DNA from: an uncultured Pirellulales bacterium
GTDB taxonomy: Bacteria > Planctomycetota > Planctomycetia > Pirellulales > S012-138
Reading direction: 5' to 3'
Length of the DNA stretch: 29,328 bases
Assembly (NCBI GenBank): GCA_964445985.1
Contig: CAYUMU010000083.1
Span: 1-29,328, forward strand
Numbering within the stretch: the stretch's first letter is position 1; each line of letters begins with the position of its first letter. Under the pieces are notes generated by a model, which was not told the origin of the DNA, ran no database searches, and saw only the letters and a list, made by a program, of their open reading frames with translations. This document shows positions 26,872-29,328 of this stretch, in pieces. Both the position numbers and the translations under genes were made by a program.

Positions 26872-27423
26872 TTATTGTCCACCCAACACCGCCCGTACCA
26901 CGCGGGCAATATTGCGGGCGTCGTCGATGCCGCGATGTGGCGTGCCTTCGAACGTGAGCTTCAGACGCTTTAAAGCCTGGCCGAGGCCGAAGCGTTTGCG
27001 CACGCCTTGGGCCTGGGAGAAGGCGGCTTTCACGTTCAAATGGCCGGGTGGAAAGGGGTAGGCCACGCCGTGAAACTCGCAGTCTTGCAGGAACTGCTTG
27101 CGATCGTAGTCGCCCCACGAGGCGAAGCAGATGTCGTAGGGGGCGAACCAAGCGCGGAAGGACTCGATGGCGGGAGCAAAGAGCGGCGCGTCATCGACCT
27201 GGCTTTGCGTGATGCTCGTCAACTCGGTGCAAAACGGCGTGAGTATGCGATGCCGCACCGGCCGGATGAAGGTTTGGAACTCGTCTTCGATTTCCAAACT
27301 GCGGGCGTTCTGCCGCACGGCCCCGATCTCGATGATCTCCATTTCGGTGGGCGGAAAGCTGCCATCGTTGGTACAGGTGGCTTCAAGATCGACAATCAGG
27401 TAGTGGGCGTTGGGAATGCGCAT
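26872..27423 (-). CDS. DEDDh-family 3'-5' exonuclease (ERI-1 / DnaQ-like fold).
   Basis: Exo I YLIVDLEATC; Exo II FASWGDYDRKQF; Exo III H-x4-D in HRGIDDARNIARV. Confidence 0.8.
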   Translation of the reverse strand: MRIPNAHYLIVDLEATCTNDGSFPPTEMEIIEIGAVRQNARSLEIEDEFQTFIRPVRHRILTPFCTELTSITQSQVDDAPLFAPAIESFRAWFAPYDICFASWGDYDRKQFLQDCEFHGVAYPFPPGHLNVKAAFSQAQGVRKRFGLGQALKRLKLTFEGTPHRGIDDARNIARVVRAVLGGQ

Positions 27424-27495
27424 GGTTACAAACTGGCTTGATTAAAGCCCAAGTGCCTTTTGGAACCCATGAAGAATAACTTTCGGGCATCGTCG

Positions 27496-27537
27496 CCTTT
27501 CGCTCCGCGAAAGGATTTGCTTTCGCGGAGCGAAAGC
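27496..27537. terminator. Two adjacent 19-bp palindromes that are reverse complements of each other (cctttcgctccgcgaaagg / gctttcgcggagcgaaagc), followed on the plus strand by ttttgttttt. Candidate terminator between the duplicated-domain gene and the exonuclease gene.
   Basis: Direct reading. The structure can fold as two hairpins or as one long hairpin. The T-tract is on the plus-strand side, whereas the flanking genes are on the minus strand. Confidence 0.35.
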
Positions 27538-27619
27538 CGACTTTGTTTTTCGTGCAATCCCTTCGCTTGGCGACAGAGGGTACGCCCACGGTCACAGGCA
27601 AAGCCGATGAGGCCGACTG

Positions 27620-28678
27620 CTATTCAGGAACTACGCCCGAACCGGGTTGTTTTTGCGTGGAATAGGTTTGGAGAATCGCGGCCAGCGACTTGAAGGACTC
27701 AGCCGAGATATCGCCCTGCAATGACTGTCGATCCCAGTCGAAAATGACTTCGTGGCAGCCAAAGCAAATGAGCATGCGGTACTGCCGCTGGTCGCGTTGC
27801 CACACCAGGAGCCAATCGGGGTGAAAGCCGCCGCAGAACTTGGGGTGGTAGGGGGTAAAGCTGGCCGAGGCCGTGCAAAGGTCGAACAGTTTGGGGAAGT
27901 CGGCGGCCGAAGGTTCGATGGCCGGGCGATAGAACGTGTATCCCCGAAGTTTGAAGCGTGGCCGGCGCACTGGGGGTGTCGCTGGCTGCCACCGGTTAGG
28001 GCGCGGGAGCCCTTCGAATAGTTGCAGCGATTCGGCATGAAAGATGGTTTGCAGCAGCGGATCCCGCTGGGAAGCAAAGCGGGCTTCCTCGGCTTTCTCT
28101 TCCGCTTGAGACGGCGGACGCTGCCTGCCGTATTTCGCCAGCCAATACTTCAGGTCGCCAGCGGCATGGGGGGCGAAGTCGGTCCAGAGTCCGCTCGTAG
28201 GGCCATGGATTTGCGCCTCCTGGCACCCCAAGCAAACCAGCACCTGGTATACGGCATCGCCGTTCTTCCAAGTGAGACACCAATCGGGGTGAAAGCCGCC
28301 GCAGAACTTGGAGCCGCTGTAGGGTTGAAACGATCGTGCTTGCGAGCAAAGGCGGCGGAGATTCCGCTTCTCGGCTAGCTTGACTTCGAGGGGCGCGCGG
28401 TAGAAGTGGAAGCCGTGAATCTGGATGGTTTCTTTTTGCTGAAGTTCTTGCTCAAGCAGTTCAGGTTCCCAGCGCGGATGCGGCAGGCCTTCGTGGAGCG
28501 TGAGCGCTTCGCAGTTGCGGATTGCCCGCATGAAGGGGTCGATGGATTGCTCAAAGTGCTCGCGGGTATCGGGCTGGGAGCCAGCGAGATTTGGCGGGCT
28601 ATCGTTCGCCGACAAGGCTCCAGCGGCGGCGAGCAACATCAGGAGCAAGTACGTTGCGTATCGTGCGGCGTTTACCAT
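27620..28678 (-). CDS. Secreted protein made of two tandem copies of a roughly 150-aa module carrying the motif LC-x2-A-x-SF-x-PY-x3-KFCGGFHPDW-x-L-x-W-x6-Y-x2-L-x-C-x-GC-x-E. No function recognised.
   Basis: Signal peptide MVNAARYATYLLLMLLAAAGALSA. Copy 1 ...FQPYSGSKFCGGFHPDWCLTWKNGDAVYQVLVCLGCQEA. Copy 2 ...FTPYHPKFCGGFHPDWLLVWQRDQRQYRMLICFGCHEV. Each copy also starts with EGLP-x-P-x-W. ATG 28678 chosen; the ORF is open to 28714. Confidence 0.6.
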   Translation of the reverse strand: MVNAARYATYLLLMLLAAAGALSANDSPPNLAGSQPDTREHFEQSIDPFMRAIRNCEALTLHEGLPHPRWEPELLEQELQQKETIQIHGFHFYRAPLEVKLAEKRNLRRLCSQARSFQPYSGSKFCGGFHPDWCLTWKNGDAVYQVLVCLGCQEAQIHGPTSGLWTDFAPHAAGDLKYWLAKYGRQRPPSQAEEKAEEARFASQRDPLLQTIFHAESLQLFEGLPRPNRWQPATPPVRRPRFKLRGYTFYRPAIEPSAADFPKLFDLCTASASFTPYHPKFCGGFHPDWLLVWQRDQRQYRMLICFGCHEVIFDWDRQSLQGDISAESFKSLAAILQTYSTQKQPGSGVVPE

Positions 28679-28763
28679 GTACTTGCCCTTCGTTCTAAAG
28701 CGGACCTGAATCAATCATTTCCCGATTTCCACGAAGGCCAATCTAGTCGTCATTTCTGCTTAA

Positions 28764-28817
28764 GCGGGAATTTAGATGCACGGCGCCCGCGAACTGGATT
28801 CCCGCCGTCGCGGGAAT
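28764..28817. repeat. Three copies of the octamer GCGGGAAT, two direct and one inverted, forming an 8-bp stem hairpin attcccgc-cgtc-gcgggaat. Lies between the HicB-like gene stop and the duplicated-domain gene start.
   Basis: Direct reading. Could be a terminator, an operator or both. Confidence 0.4.
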
Positions 28818-28822
28818 AACGA

Positions 28823-29056
28823 TTAAAGATAGATCGGTTCTTCCATGTCCATTTGCCCATCCGAAATCAGAGGGTCTGGTAATGGCCAGGGTTCATCTAC
28901 TTGAATGTAAGCCTCGGCGACGTCGATCAGGGCAATCGCCAGTAATTCTCGGGCCTCTGGAAGCGAGTCCGCGCAGGTAATCGCCGCGGGGAAGTCGAGT
29001 ACCTGAGCGTGGACGCCGCCTTCCACGAACTTGAAACCGGCTTTGTATTGCAACAT
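28823..29056 (-). CDS. Small HicB-like (UPF0150-type) protein, the antitoxin fold of HicAB type II TA systems. No cognate HicA toxin gene is evident in the window.
   Basis: MLQYKAGFKFVEGGVHAQVLDFPAAITCADSLPEARELLAIALIDVAEAYIQVDEPWPLPDP fits the Y...E.G.Y.A.VPDLPG..T.G.T.EEA...L.EAL...E.....G.P.P consensus. ATG 29056 chosen; the ORF is open to GTG 29092. Confidence 0.45.
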   Translation of the reverse strand: MLQYKAGFKFVEGGVHAQVLDFPAAITCADSLPEARELLAIALIDVAEAYIQVDEPWPLPDPLISDGQMDMEEPIYL

Positions 29057-29328
29057 CGAAGTGGCCCCCAGCAACATGAAGGAAGAAGTCACCCCAGCAT
29101 ATTCTAGCCAGTGGTTGGCCTATTCGAACCATTCTTCGGCGCGAGAACCGCAATCGACGCGGGGTGGCAGAGCAACGGTCCACGGGCACTGGCATTGGGG
29201 GGGCGGCGGGTGCCGGCAGTACTGGATACCGGCAGCGCCACCCAGCCGAAGCAAGTATCCTAAAAGATCACCCGTAACCGTTCACGCTTAGCGAAGCCAA
29301 AACAGATGAGTCTCTTTATTTCCGGCAG

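Noticed and set aside
28893-29195. 100-aa minus-strand ORF overlapping the HicB-like gene in another frame, and a Cys-rich frame ending at 29120.
   Set aside because: Arg-rich low-complexity shadow frame. It does not resemble HicA/YcfA toxins (no GSH...TVP.H motif).
1-29328. tRNA or rRNA genes, integrase or transposase, phage structural genes.
   Set aside because: No cloverleaf-compatible 70-90-nt segments with conserved GTTC...A / TΨC-like features were noticed in intergenic regions. No recombinase-like ORF is present.

Overview
High-GC (about 60-65 %) bacterial chromosomal window. The gene content points to a Planctomycetota (Pirellulales-like) genome: a DUF1559 pseudopilin-like protein with a prepilin N-terminus, a formylglycine-type sulfatase, a Tat-exported prenyltransferase/squalene-oxidase-repeat protein, a DUF1080/LamG-like domain, Ser/Thr-kinase-like proteins and a lipoprotein with HEAT repeats. 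I support 21 protein-coding genes. Housekeeping genes are dnaB, an inositol-monophosphatase/HisN-family gene and a DEDDh 3'-5' exonuclease. There is an ECF sigma / anti-sigma / HtrA-like protease module, a degenerate J-domain + pseudokinase gene, a large tri-domain secreted protease, and a compositionally distinct lower-GC block (about 15.1-21.9 kb) with translationally coupled TPR and Big_2 genes plus a roughly 1000-aa membrane-anchored protein with two PstS-like domains. Further genes are an SPFH/band-7 fusion protein preceded by a small coiled-coil protein, a secreted protein built from an internally duplicated Cys-motif module, and an orphan HicB-like gene. No rRNA, tRNA or CRISPR array is recognisable, and no transposase. 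The most unusual non-coding signal is a composite repeat: an array of CGGAGTG heptads plus a hairpin with a 22-bp perfect stem. It is intact at the window start and apparently split around the SPFH gene. A 37-codon sulfatase C-terminal relic sits directly after the protease gene. Many long ORFs in the six-frame track are antisense artefacts of high-GC DNA and are rejected.
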